Source: Nageia nagi (lineage: Eukaryota > Plantae > Pinophyta). Taken from it: a stretch of 64,000 bases of DNA. The notes below the pieces were generated by a model that saw nothing but the letters and a program-made list of their open reading frames with translations, had not been told where the DNA came from and searched no databases. The stretch spans positions 170,376,001-170,440,000 of the forward strand of contig JBITNC010000001.1 in NCBI GenBank assembly GCA_050084985.1. Reading direction: 5' to 3'. This document shows, one piece after another, positions 63,901 to 64,000 of this stretch. A program made the position numbers and the translations under genes. The first letter of the stretch is position 1. The number at the start of each line of letters is the position of its first letter.

Positions 63901-64000
63901 TGTGAATGAGGCCCTTCGTGCTTTCCCATTATCAATTTTTTATCTTGCTTGCTTTCCCAAAACATAAGCTTCACAAATAAATTTTGTATCTTATAAGAGG
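60950..64000 (-). mobile_element. Ty1/copia retrotransposon (integrase-RT-RNase H, 3' LTR), truncated by the window end
   Basis: Integrase 63556-63894 (YFLTFIDDFSRICWVYFLK); RT 62087-62776 (MDVKSAFLNG, LYGLKQAPRAW, LYVDDL); RNase H ~61290-61700; PPT then candidate LTR 60950-61274 (tgtta...ctaaca). Confidence 0.93.

Overview
AT-rich eukaryotic DNA, most likely from a gymnosperm (conifer-like) genome. That assignment is an inference from the style of the PLS-E-DYW PPR sequences and the retroelement families. No intact protein-coding gene is evident. About two-thirds of the window is old, heavily deaminated TE debris: a Tat/Ogre-like gag-only element with internal tandem arrays, two homologous internally deleted chromovirus-like Ty3/gypsy remnants, one full-length degenerate Ty1/copia element with both LTRs, a second copia running off the right edge, a Tat-type pol with an extra RNase H, and a CACTA transposase fragment. 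The rest is a birth-and-death cluster of about a dozen DYW-class PPR pseudogene pieces. The most interesting structure is a duplicated module (copy A at 1-2.6 kb, copy B at 15.4-19.5 kb). In each copy a deletion-condensed, CpG-retaining mini-PPR on the + strand abuts a shared ~660-bp segment. That segment looks like the 3' end of a convergent, spliced, non-coding minus-strand transcript. Together with a motif-shuffled PPR mosaic at 46.5-47.1 kb, this is a candidate PPR-derived antisense/TAS-like small-RNA system. It is a hypothesis from sequence alone and needs RNA data. All coordinates were read by eye and may be off by a few bases.
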